The position numbers and the translations under genes were made by a program. A stretch of DNA of 64,000 nt, taken from the IMG/VR virus record IMGVR_UViG_3300046461_000319; one strand, given 5' to 3'. The notes beneath the pieces are model-generated. The model saw nothing but the letters and a program-made list of their open reading frames with translations. It had not been told where the DNA came from and ran no database searches. This DNA is from a virus. How positions within the stretch are numbered: the stretch's first letter is position 1; the number at the start of each line of letters is the position of its first letter. Shown here one piece after another: positions 56,623 through 64,000 of the stretch.

Positions 56623-57084
56623 ATGTCCATGCCTTTGGCAGAAGCGCATCAGCGCATCCTAGGCCGAGCCCCCCAAGAAGATCAGGAAAGGCTGTATACT
56701 AGATGGCCAAAGTTTAGAGGATTCTCGGATCGCAACGCCTGCCCTGTACGTGCCGAAGCTGTGATCATCACGGCCTTGATGTCAGGCAGGGATACCGAAC
56801 GGGTCCTCTTGCTGGTCCCGCACGGTCACGAGGCTTGGTTGCTTCAGCAGTGCGAGGCCACGGCCATGGCCACCTTCGAGGGGTGTAAGAAGTACCCCAA
56901 ACGAGCCAAGGAGTTAATCTATGGCTATACCGTCCTATTCAAGACACTCACGATGATGAGTCGCGTGCTTCAGTTGCAAAACGAGCCCGCCTATTGGGTG
57001 TCATTCGGCTTCGCTGCCGATGACCTCTTGCCGCCGTGGATGACCGATCGTCTGTTGCCCAATGTTGAAATAGGAGCCCCATAG
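56623..57084 (+). CDS. Hypothetical protein
   Basis: ATG 9 nt after GGTGTA. Confidence 0.55.
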   Translation: MSMPLAEAHQRILGRAPQEDQERLYTRWPKFRGFSDRNACPVRAEAVIITALMSGRDTERVLLLVPHGHEAWLLQQCEATAMATFEGCKKYPKRAKELIYGYTVLFKTLTMMSRVLQLQNEPAYWVSFGFAADDLLPPWMTDRLLPNVEIGAP

Positions 57085-57669
57085 ATGGCCGCGCTTATGT
57101 TTACTGTCCCAGAAGAAACCTCACGGGTACTCGGAGAACTCCCTGTGCCTGGTAAGCCAGAGCGCGCCCATCTTCATATCACCGTCGTGTATCTCGGGGA
57201 TGATACCCCCATCGAGCGCATCGGGCAGCTATTGCCGGTCCTCTATGAGGTGACGTCCAAGACCATGCCGTTTTCGGTCTCGACAGATCTGATCACCACC
57301 TTTCCAGCGGGTAAGGATGGTGTCCCCGTGATCGCAAAAGTGCGGTCCCCCGAGCTCCACGCTTTCCAACAGGCCCTCCGCCAAGCGATGGACGAGGCCG
57401 GGATCGAGTACAACAACAAGTTCCCCGTCTACAAACCGCACGTGACGCTCGCCTACGCGAAGGACCCAGACACCCTATTTGAGGCTGACATCCCGGAGAT
57501 TTCCTGGCCTGCGCATGAGCTCCTGCTGTGGGGGAGTAATCGGGGGGTTGGCCGCCTAGTTGTAAAGTTTCCGCTTAGCCTGCCTATGAGTAGGGTTGCG
57601 AGTGAGGGGGCTCTGCAGCGCGCCACGGTGCAACTGGCGCTGTGGGGTAAGCGGGATCGGTTCGTCTAG
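57085..57669 (+). CDS. 2H phosphoesterase (2'-5' RNA ligase / Acb1-like)
   Basis: Two HxT motifs: HLHITVV and KPHVTLAY. Confidence 0.85.
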   Translation: MAALMFTVPEETSRVLGELPVPGKPERAHLHITVVYLGDDTPIERIGQLLPVLYEVTSKTMPFSVSTDLITTFPAGKDGVPVIAKVRSPELHAFQQALRQAMDEAGIEYNNKFPVYKPHVTLAYAKDPDTLFEADIPEISWPAHELLLWGSNRGVGRLVVKFPLSLPMSRVASEGALQRATVQLALWGKRDRFV

Positions 57670-57723
57670 GGGATCACTTCTTCTTGTGGCCCGGGACATT
57701 AGAGGCTCCGACAGCAACACTCT

Positions 57724-58146
57724 ATGGCTCTGCCACTCTCGCCGTCCGAACGCTACCTAGCACACCAGATGCTCGGCATCACCACTCAAGAGTTGATTGA
57801 GATTGAGCGGGCGCCGGATGCAGAGGACCTGCTCAAGAAGTTCAAAGCAAGGACGCGGAAACGCTTTAGGGAGTTGGCGCTGGAATATCACCCGGACCAC
57901 AGCGGGGAGGGTTCGGACAAGGCGCAGATCTTCTCTCTATTGGTGAGAGCTATGAAGTGGCTCGATGCCCGGCAAGTCGGCGCTGGTCTTGAACCAGAGT
58001 TGCCCCAAGGCCCTAAGTACAGAGTCAATACAGTGACGGTCCCGGCTTCCGGGACCCAGCCATATACGCGAGCAAACACTAGACGTCCGCGAGGGCGGGG
58101 AGATTCGCGTGAGCAAGCGGCCAGGCTCGGCAAGATGAGGCCATGA
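57724..58146 (+). CDS. J-domain-like protein
   Basis: RKRFRELALEYHPDHSG (HPD). Confidence 0.7.
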   Translation: MALPLSPSERYLAHQMLGITTQELIEIERAPDAEDLLKKFKARTRKRFRELALEYHPDHSGEGSDKAQIFSLLVRAMKWLDARQVGAGLEPELPQGPKYRVNTVTVPASGTQPYTRANTRRPRGRGDSREQAARLGKMRP

Positions 58147-58170
58147 CTAGAAAGAGGACAAGTAGAGATA

Positions 58171-58518
58171 GTGGATTACCAGGACGAGGATAAGACCTGT
58201 CGCGACTGTAAGCGCGGGTTTTCATTTACAGCAGGTGAGCAGAAGTTCTTCGCAGAGCGCCAGTTCACACCCCCGGTTCGGTGCAAACAGTGCCGGGATA
58301 CTAGGAAGGCGAGCGCACCCTCACGGCAAGATCAGCAGCCCATCGTGCAGAGGGTCGCGGAGCGTTACAACCCAGCACCCCGCCAAGAAGAACGGCGAGC
58401 CTCCAAGTATGACGCGAGGCAGGAATGGCCGGATGCGCAGCCTACGAAGTTCGATCGCTACGCTAGTAAGCGGCGACGCTCACGGCATGAACGGGATGAT
58501 GACGATGGTGAGTGGTGA
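58171..58518 (+). CDS. Zinc-ribbon (zf-trcl-like) protein
   Basis: DKTCRDCKRGFSFTAGEQKFF...PVRCKQCR. Confidence 0.8.
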   Translation: MDYQDEDKTCRDCKRGFSFTAGEQKFFAERQFTPPVRCKQCRDTRKASAPSRQDQQPIVQRVAERYNPAPRQEERRASKYDARQEWPDAQPTKFDRYASKRRRSRHERDDDDGEW

Positions 58519-58623
58519 ACGAATGCTCCGCCTGGCCTAAGTGGTAGGCCGTTGGAGAGTCCTCGCTTGCTGCTCGAGCGTTGGCCCGTGTAGGATATCG
58601 GGCAAACATAAGTCGGAGGCGTC

Positions 58624-59880
58624 ATGAGTGAGGAACGGGCCATCCCTTGGCTAACGATGCCGGAACGGATCACTGGCTTGTATTCGCAGGCAGGCCACAC
58701 CCGCGAGAGTTTCGCCGCCGCGGCCCACATGTCGTCTGAGACCCTTGGGCACTTCGAGAATTTTTTGGATGTTCCGACGCTCATAGAGCTGGGTGAGCTA
58801 GCCAACGGGCTGCATGTCTCAAAACGCTTTCTGTGTTTTGGGGACGGTGAGCTCCAAGTGGGCAATCGCGGCGAGCCGGCACTCTCTGAGGATGGCGTTC
58901 GAGCGGTCTTCGCAGAGGTAAACGCTTCTGAGAGGGAAGCTAGTGTCTTTTACGACTATCGCCAACGGGTATCGGAGAAGAGCAGCTCGCGCACATTTGT
59001 GCTGATGTTTGTACGAGCGTTACGGGCAGCAATCGAGAGTGGCGCCGGTACTGATGCAGCTATGCCTCGTGCGATGGTGATCGCCACGCAGGCGCACGTC
59101 CTATCACTGGCGGTCGCTCAAGGGGCGCGTCCTGTACGGACGCACCTACTCACCAAGCCTCCCAAACACCTCAGCACGTCGGCTGTAGCGAAGTACATAG
59201 CGGCTGAGATTCATAAGCTCTCGGGGCTCAAGCCACCAATTGACGCCATGGTGCTCGCAGTGGTGATGGGCAGGCGGCTCGTGCCCACGATCGGGGATAG
59301 CGCGGCTTCTAAGGCCGAATCTGATCGACAGGACCAGATGGCCTGGAAGCCGATAGCTCACGTGGATAGGGATGGGGATGGGGATGCGCTAATCATCAAT
59401 GGGCGTTTGAAGGTGAAGAGCTGGGAACACTCCGGACCAAAACTCACTGATGAGGTCGTGCTGGAAGCAGCGCGGAACTTGCAGCCGGAACCAGATGAAC
59501 CCGCGGGCTTCGGGGGCGCTTTCCTGCAGGGCAAAGGGCAGTTTGCGTTTGCTACACCCACCGAACTCGGCAGGAAAGGCGACGATTGGGTTCGAACTGC
59601 TCTTCGAGATTTAGCTCGCCGGATGGACGCGACTGCTATTTACGTGATCAGCGACGAGCTCATTTCCGTGTGTGCGCCACGTGGTTCTGGCCAGCAGCGT
59701 CGCACAGTCATCGTTGATGTTGAAAACCCCCAAGCAGTCGCGTCGAGGCGTACGTACGTCGCGTCAACAGGAGATGAGGGGACGTTGGGGGATTGGTCTG
59801 AGGATAGTACTCGCGCTCGGTACAGAGACTTATTGCCAGTCCCTGACTTTGTGCGCTCAGATCTCTTGACAGGTGTATAG
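58624..59880 (+). CDS. XRE-like HTH-domain protein with large unknown C-terminus
   Basis: TRESFAAAAHMSSETLGHFEN...LGELANGL. Confidence 0.6.
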   Translation: MSEERAIPWLTMPERITGLYSQAGHTRESFAAAAHMSSETLGHFENFLDVPTLIELGELANGLHVSKRFLCFGDGELQVGNRGEPALSEDGVRAVFAEVNASEREASVFYDYRQRVSEKSSSRTFVLMFVRALRAAIESGAGTDAAMPRAMVIATQAHVLSLAVAQGARPVRTHLLTKPPKHLSTSAVAKYIAAEIHKLSGLKPPIDAMVLAVVMGRRLVPTIGDSAASKAESDRQDQMAWKPIAHVDRDGDGDALIINGRLKVKSWEHSGPKLTDEVVLEAARNLQPEPDEPAGFGGAFLQGKGQFAFATPTELGRKGDDWVRTALRDLARRMDATAIYVISDELISVCAPRGSGQQRRTVIVDVENPQAVASRRTYVASTGDEGTLGDWSEDSTRARYRDLLPVPDFVRSDLLTGV

Positions 59881-60002
59881 AGCTGGTTAGGTTCCTCAAC
59901 ATGCCGATAATCGGACACCTCTGGTAGATCTTCTATCCCCTCGCTCGTGGCCCCCCTGTGGCGGTGTAACTCGCAACACCCCAACGTCACAGGAGATATG
60001 TC

Positions 60003-60359
60003 ATGAGCAAGAAGAGTAGATACCCAGAACTGAAGCAAGAGATACGATCACGAGAGACGGCTAGCCGCGAAATCCGCAAGCGCATCCATGCGTCGAGTGG
60101 CATGGACCGCTGGCAAGCCTGGCAAGACAAGCGTGGAGAGGGCAACACCACCCGGTGCTTGCTGCTCATTTACGCGATGCTGCGCGGTGTCCCTCGGTTT
60201 GTGGTAGAGGCCAAGCACGATCCCAACCACGATTGGTGGATCTCGAACGGCATGTACCAGATGGCCGAGCAACGCGCTTTTGCGTTGACCAAAGATGCGA
60301 TCTCGAGCTGGCTGACAGCCAAGGCCCCCACCGTAGAGAAAACGGAGGTGGCCGCGTGA
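60003..60359 (+). CDS. Hypothetical protein
   Basis: aggag SD; GGTGTA at 59963. Confidence 0.65.
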   Translation: MSKKSRYPELKQEIRSRETASREIRKRIHASSGMDRWQAWQDKRGEGNTTRCLLLIYAMLRGVPRFVVEAKHDPNHDWWISNGMYQMAEQRAFALTKDAISSWLTAKAPTVEKTEVAA

Positions 60360-61459
60360 CCGACCTCGACTTTTTCACGCCTGAGAACGCCAATCTCAAA
60401 TGCCGCCGCGAGTACCTGTCGGACTCTGGCGAGTACAAGGTCGTGATCACGCCGTACGCGACCAAAGAAGGCAGCTGGAACTATACGCAGGGGCTCGTGT
60501 TCAAGGTCGGCTCGGACGTACCCATCGCTGACGTCCGGCGCAACTACAGCAGCTTCGAATACACGTTCATCGAGGACCATCCCAACGGTCACCACTACTT
60601 CGTTGGAGGCGAGGACTACCAGGGACAAACGGTGGTCGAGCTCGACACGGGAAAGCGGCGTGACTACCTGCCTGATGAAGCGGAGCAGGGATGGGGCTTT
60701 TGCTGGGTCGACCATCGGTTCGACGCTCAATCCCAGATCCTGATCGTAGACGGGTGCATCTGGGCCGCTCCGTTCGAATATCGGTTCTACGATTTTTCAG
60801 ACCCGATGGGAGGTTGGCCAGCGCTGGAGTTTGAAGGTGTGTTCGCGGAGGGCCGGTGGCCGGAGATCTCAAGCGACGGCTTGATTCGCTGCTACGAGCC
60901 CGAGCCTGAAGCAGAGGATGTCGACGAGCATACGCCCGCCGAGCAACGCAGTTGCGCCGCGATCCGCACGTACCGTCGACACGAAAGCGAGCTCCAGTTC
61001 GTATCCGTGTGGGTATCCGAGGCTGAGTGCGAGCGACGCGTCAAGCGAGCTGAGGGCAACCGCAAGTATGAGGCATGGCGCAAGGAGTTCCGGAAAACTG
61101 ACCCGCTGTACCTCGAATTCAAGCAGCAGCTGAAGGACCCGAGCTTCAGCCCGGAAGATAACGAGGGCGTTGGCGTCACGTTCAAGGGGTGGTGCCCGGA
61201 CTTCACCGGTGAGGAAAGTCGCTGGTGCCGTCGCATCATCAAGAAGGGCGAGCGCTTTACGGTCGACCTGGACTGGGGGGTCAACACGGGACCGGTCAAG
61301 TTGTCGATCTTCCTGAACGGCAAGACCCATGACGCGAAATTCTTCGAGCACTCGGTAGAGGGGATGCGAGAGGCATTCGAGTACGCGAAGTCACTGCTGA
61401 CACCGCCACTCCTGGCACAGATCACGCGGCCGTGGAGGGCGGAATGTCTGACGAACTGA
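60356..61459 (+). CDS. Hypothetical protein
   Basis: GTG overlapping the previous stop; protein-like composition. Confidence 0.65.
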   Translation: MTDLDFFTPENANLKCRREYLSDSGEYKVVITPYATKEGSWNYTQGLVFKVGSDVPIADVRRNYSSFEYTFIEDHPNGHHYFVGGEDYQGQTVVELDTGKRRDYLPDEAEQGWGFCWVDHRFDAQSQILIVDGCIWAAPFEYRFYDFSDPMGGWPALEFEGVFAEGRWPEISSDGLIRCYEPEPEAEDVDEHTPAEQRSCAAIRTYRRHESELQFVSVWVSEAECERRVKRAEGNRKYEAWRKEFRKTDPLYLEFKQQLKDPSFSPEDNEGVGVTFKGWCPDFTGEESRWCRRIIKKGERFTVDLDWGVNTGPVKLSIFLNGKTHDAKFFEHSVEGMREAFEYAKSLLTPPLLAQITRPWRAECLTN

Positions 61460-61776
61460 CCCGGCTGCGGGAAGAAAACCATCATTTGAAGCGCCTTGTG
61501 TTCGAATCGCAGCCGTTCAAGCGCAAAGGCATCTTTGGCCGACTTCTGTCTGCCGAGAAGCCAGGCGGTTTCGGCGGGGCGCCCGAGTACGAAGTCTGGT
61601 TGAGATCTTTGGAGGACCCAGAGCGCTTGGTCGACCTCTACACATCGGCAATCGATGCTCTCCGATATCGACGGCGTTTCGTGCGGCATGAGATCGAGCG
61701 GCGCTGCCTGCACTCTTCGTATGGGATCATTCCAGCCGAGTTTTTGTTCGAGGAAAAGCGCCATGACGTAGATTGA
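61444..61776 (+). CDS. Hypothetical protein
   Basis: ggagg SD before ATG 61444. Confidence 0.55.
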   Translation: MSDELTRLREENHHLKRLVFESQPFKRKGIFGRLLSAEKPGGFGGAPEYEVWLRSLEDPERLVDLYTSAIDALRYRRRFVRHEIERRCLHSSYGIIPAEFLFEEKRHDVD

Positions 61777-62338
61777 CCTCATTGAAGCCATGCGTGCCTG
61801 TCAGCAGAGCGAAGGGCAATCTGTCTACGCTCACGGTGAATCTGTCCGCGACCACATGCTTCAGCTCTTGGTTTACCTAGATACCGGGGAGCTTCACGGA
61901 GCGTGGGTCCTGCCCGATTGGCTTAGCGTGTACCGCATCCAACTCAAGACGTCGGTCATGCCCATCTCGGTCATCGCGGAATACACGCTGTTTCATGATT
62001 GCGGCAAACCTTACTGTGTGCCGGACGGGGTGCGGAAGTTCCCGGACCACGCAGAGATGTCGTGCAGGACTTGGTTGTCGGTCGGTGGCAGCCAGGAAGC
62101 TTCGAAGCTGATGCGCATGGATATGCTGGTTCACACGATGAAGGCAGATGAGGTGCCGGGGTTCTGCCTCAACCCTGAAGCGATCACCCTTTTGCTGGCC
62201 GGATTATCCGAGGTCCACTCGAACGCGCGGATGTTTGGTGGCCTAGATTCTGTCTCGTTCAAAATCAAATGGGGGCAGATCAACCGTCGAGGCAAGGCGA
62301 TTTGCCGCCATCTATTCGGAGAACCCAGCCATGGATAA
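61763..62338 (+). CDS. HD-like phosphohydrolase; SD-supported start has TAG at codon 3 (ORF track starts at 61790)
   Basis: HGESV, LFHDCGKP, FPDHAE; atg acg TAG att gac ctc att gaa gcc atg. Confidence 0.65.
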
Positions 62339-62657
62339 GCTCTACATCGTTACTCGCCAAGACTTGAGCCCCGGACAGCAGGCGGTCCAAAGCTGCCACG
62401 CTGCGATGGAGTTCGCGTTTCGCTTCTCGTAGATCGCCAGTGAATGGCACTCAAGCTCTAATACCGTGGCGTTGCTGTCTGTCCCGACCGAGGCCGAGCT
62501 CGAGAACCTCGCGTGTACCGCCGAGCGAAAATGGATCCAGGTTGCACGGTTTCGAGAGCCAGACCGGGGCAATGAGCTGACCGCGATCGCCATGGGTCCG
62601 CAGGGTAAGAACTTGGTTGCGCGACTTCCCCTCACTTTGCGAGACCACCGGGCCTGA
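62331..62657 (+). pseudogene. Pth2-like peptidyl-tRNA hydrolase interrupted by an in-frame TAG (62430-62432)
   Basis: MDKLYIVTRQDLSPGQQAVQSCHAAMEFAFRFS*IASEWHSSSN...FREPD...ELTAIA. Confidence 0.75.
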
Positions 62658-62698
62658 ATCGGAATGGCGTGAGCTCGGTGTAACTACCGCTACCCCTC

Positions 62699-63790
62699 AT
62701 GCCATTCCTTGTCCTTTTCATCATCCCGGCCCTGGTCGGGATGATCGCGTTTCGGTTTTCCTCTGGGATCACCCGTAAAGAGTTCGCTCTACAGATGGTC
62801 GCTCAGGCCGTGGTCGCCGGTTTATCCGTGTGGGCCATCTACAGCGCGAACACCTCCGACACCGAGATTCTCAACGGTGTGGTCCTCAGCAAGAAGCATG
62901 TACGGGTTCGCTGCCAACACTCGTACGACTGCAACTGCCACACCGTCTGCTCGGGCTCGGGTAAGAAACGCTCATGCCATAAGAAGTGCAGCACCTGTTA
63001 TCACCACCCGTTCGACTACGAATGGCAAGTCTACAGCTCGATCGAGCATACCTCGGTGATCAACAAGGTTGATTGGCAGGGCGTCGCTGAGCCAGAACGC
63101 TGGACCGTGGCTCGCGTCGGTGAACCGTATTCGGCCGAACACGAGTACACGAACTACATCAAGGCGGCGCCCGGGTCGCTTTTTCGACGGCAAGGGCTGA
63201 CCGACAAGTACGCCGGCAATCTGCCTGACTTCCCGGCAAAGGTAACGGACTACTACCGTTATCAGCCACTCGTGCTCGTCAATGGAGCTCGGGTCGACTC
63301 CATCGGTGCGTGGAACCTGGGGCTCGCAGAGATGAACGGCCGCCTCGGGGCGCGCAAGCAAGTCGACATCGTGCTGGTGCTAGTGCGCGACCTTCCGCAG
63401 GAATACTTCTACGCACTTGATCAGGCGTGGATTGGGGGCAAGCAAAACTCGGTCGTTTTGGTCATCGGCGTGAACGCTGCGCTCATGCCGCAATGGGCCG
63501 CGGTCATGAGCTGGACCACCAACGAGATGCTCAAGGTGTATCTGCGGGACGTGGTGATGGACATTCCGGTGCTCGATCGGGAGGTCCTGTTTCGCCGGCT
63601 AGAGCAATCAGTGCTCGCCTACTACGAGCGTAAGCCGATGTCGGACTTTGAATACCTGGCGTCGAGCATCGCTCCGACGCCGGCCCAATGGGCGACCAGC
63701 ATGGTCGTTGGGCTGCTGGTCTGTCTCGGACTCAGCTGGGTCATGCACAAGTACGACGTGTTCGGGGACGAAAACTTTGGCCGATTTTAG
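62699..63790 (+). CDS. Membrane protein (2 N-terminal + 1 C-terminal TM, Cys-rich periplasmic loop)
   Basis: Hydrophobic ends; CQHSYDCNCHTVC...CSTC. Confidence 0.7.
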   Translation: MPFLVLFIIPALVGMIAFRFSSGITRKEFALQMVAQAVVAGLSVWAIYSANTSDTEILNGVVLSKKHVRVRCQHSYDCNCHTVCSGSGKKRSCHKKCSTCYHHPFDYEWQVYSSIEHTSVINKVDWQGVAEPERWTVARVGEPYSAEHEYTNYIKAAPGSLFRRQGLTDKYAGNLPDFPAKVTDYYRYQPLVLVNGARVDSIGAWNLGLAEMNGRLGARKQVDIVLVLVRDLPQEYFYALDQAWIGGKQNSVVLVIGVNAALMPQWAAVMSWTTNEMLKVYLRDVVMDIPVLDREVLFRRLEQSVLAYYERKPMSDFEYLASSIAPTPAQWATSMVVGLLVCLGLSWVMHKYDVFGDENFGRF

Positions 63791-63813
63791 CTACCAGAAA
63801 GAAGGGTGATGCT

Positions 63814-64000
63814 GTGTCGAAAACACTGATAGTGCTCCTGGTCCTTTTCGTGATGCTCGGGGGCAGCTGCCTTCTTTCGCTTATGGGCGTCAGCAACTCG
63901 TGCGTTGCTCAGGAGAATGGGATCGATGCCCAGTACGAAAAGAACAAGGTCGCGCTCGCGGGTTACACGAACAAGATCCTGGATATGGTGCAAGTGCCCA
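63814..64000 (+). CDS. 3'-truncated membrane-anchored protein (LemA-like)
   Basis: Hand translation MSKTLIVLLVLFVMLGG...NSCVAQENGIDAQYEKNK. Confidence 0.5.
   Translation, partial: MSKTLIVLLVLFVMLGGSCLLSLMGVSNSCVAQENGIDAQYEKNKVALAGYTNKILDMVQVP

Noticed and set aside
58525-58590. tRNA-like start (ggcctaagtggtaggcc resembles a D-arm)
   Set aside because: No TTCGA T-loop, no 7-bp acceptor pairing and no proper anticodon arm; just small hairpins.
60892-61791. Long antisense ORFs (e.g. 60892-61791, 9158-9775, 1710-2276, 33953-34489)
   Set aside because: Shadow frames of real genes in GC-rich DNA; no SD, promoter motif or protein-like pattern.
1-64000. Genome-wide TAG reassignment (code 15/16)
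   Set aside because: Many genes end in TAG immediately before the next start or a terminator (e.g. 5987, 14847, 39640, 57084), so TAG is a working stop.

Overview
This 64 kb window reads as part of a large, GC-rich, dsDNA tailed-phage genome. It is densely coding with mostly small hypothetical genes. I saw no rRNA, tRNA, CRISPR array, integrase or reverse transcriptase. Host-like lipoprotein genes suggest a myxobacterial (Polyangiaceae-like) host; this is an inference. 1-10 kb holds a replication module: SNF2 helicase, loader-like protein, DnaB, an isolated CHC2 primase zinc finger and a family A polymerase. 10-29 kb holds accessory enzymes: a DUF2997/DUF1257/Ycf46-type AAA trio, deoxyribonucleotidase, nitrilase, ClpX, SLOG, macrodomain, DHH, nucleotidyltransferase and HD proteins. 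29-42 kb is a mixed-orientation plasticity region. 42-64 kb has a myxobacterial-type lipoprotein, a zincin-zincin-topoisomerase IB polyprotein, RNase HII, Dam, an FAD oxidase, dNMP kinase, a 2H phosphoesterase and an HD + Pth2-like pair. The most striking signal is an apparent modular cargo-tagging system. A gap-free 43-aa leader (MRKIA...ELR...Y...PSR...) is fused to six unrelated domains and usually comes with a shared promoter/5'UTR cassette. Two shorter leader classes (MxYDxR..AS and hxx[RK][VI]xxR[YF]) sit on other cargo, including several zincins and TopIB; the second also marks domain junctions inside the polyprotein. My leading hypothesis is capsid-targeting propeptides for injected effectors. 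I also found a local array of conserved palindromes about 590 bp apart, three promoter-like motif classes, and in-frame TAG codons in two adjacent genes. All family assignments are from motif recognition by eye; no database search was run.
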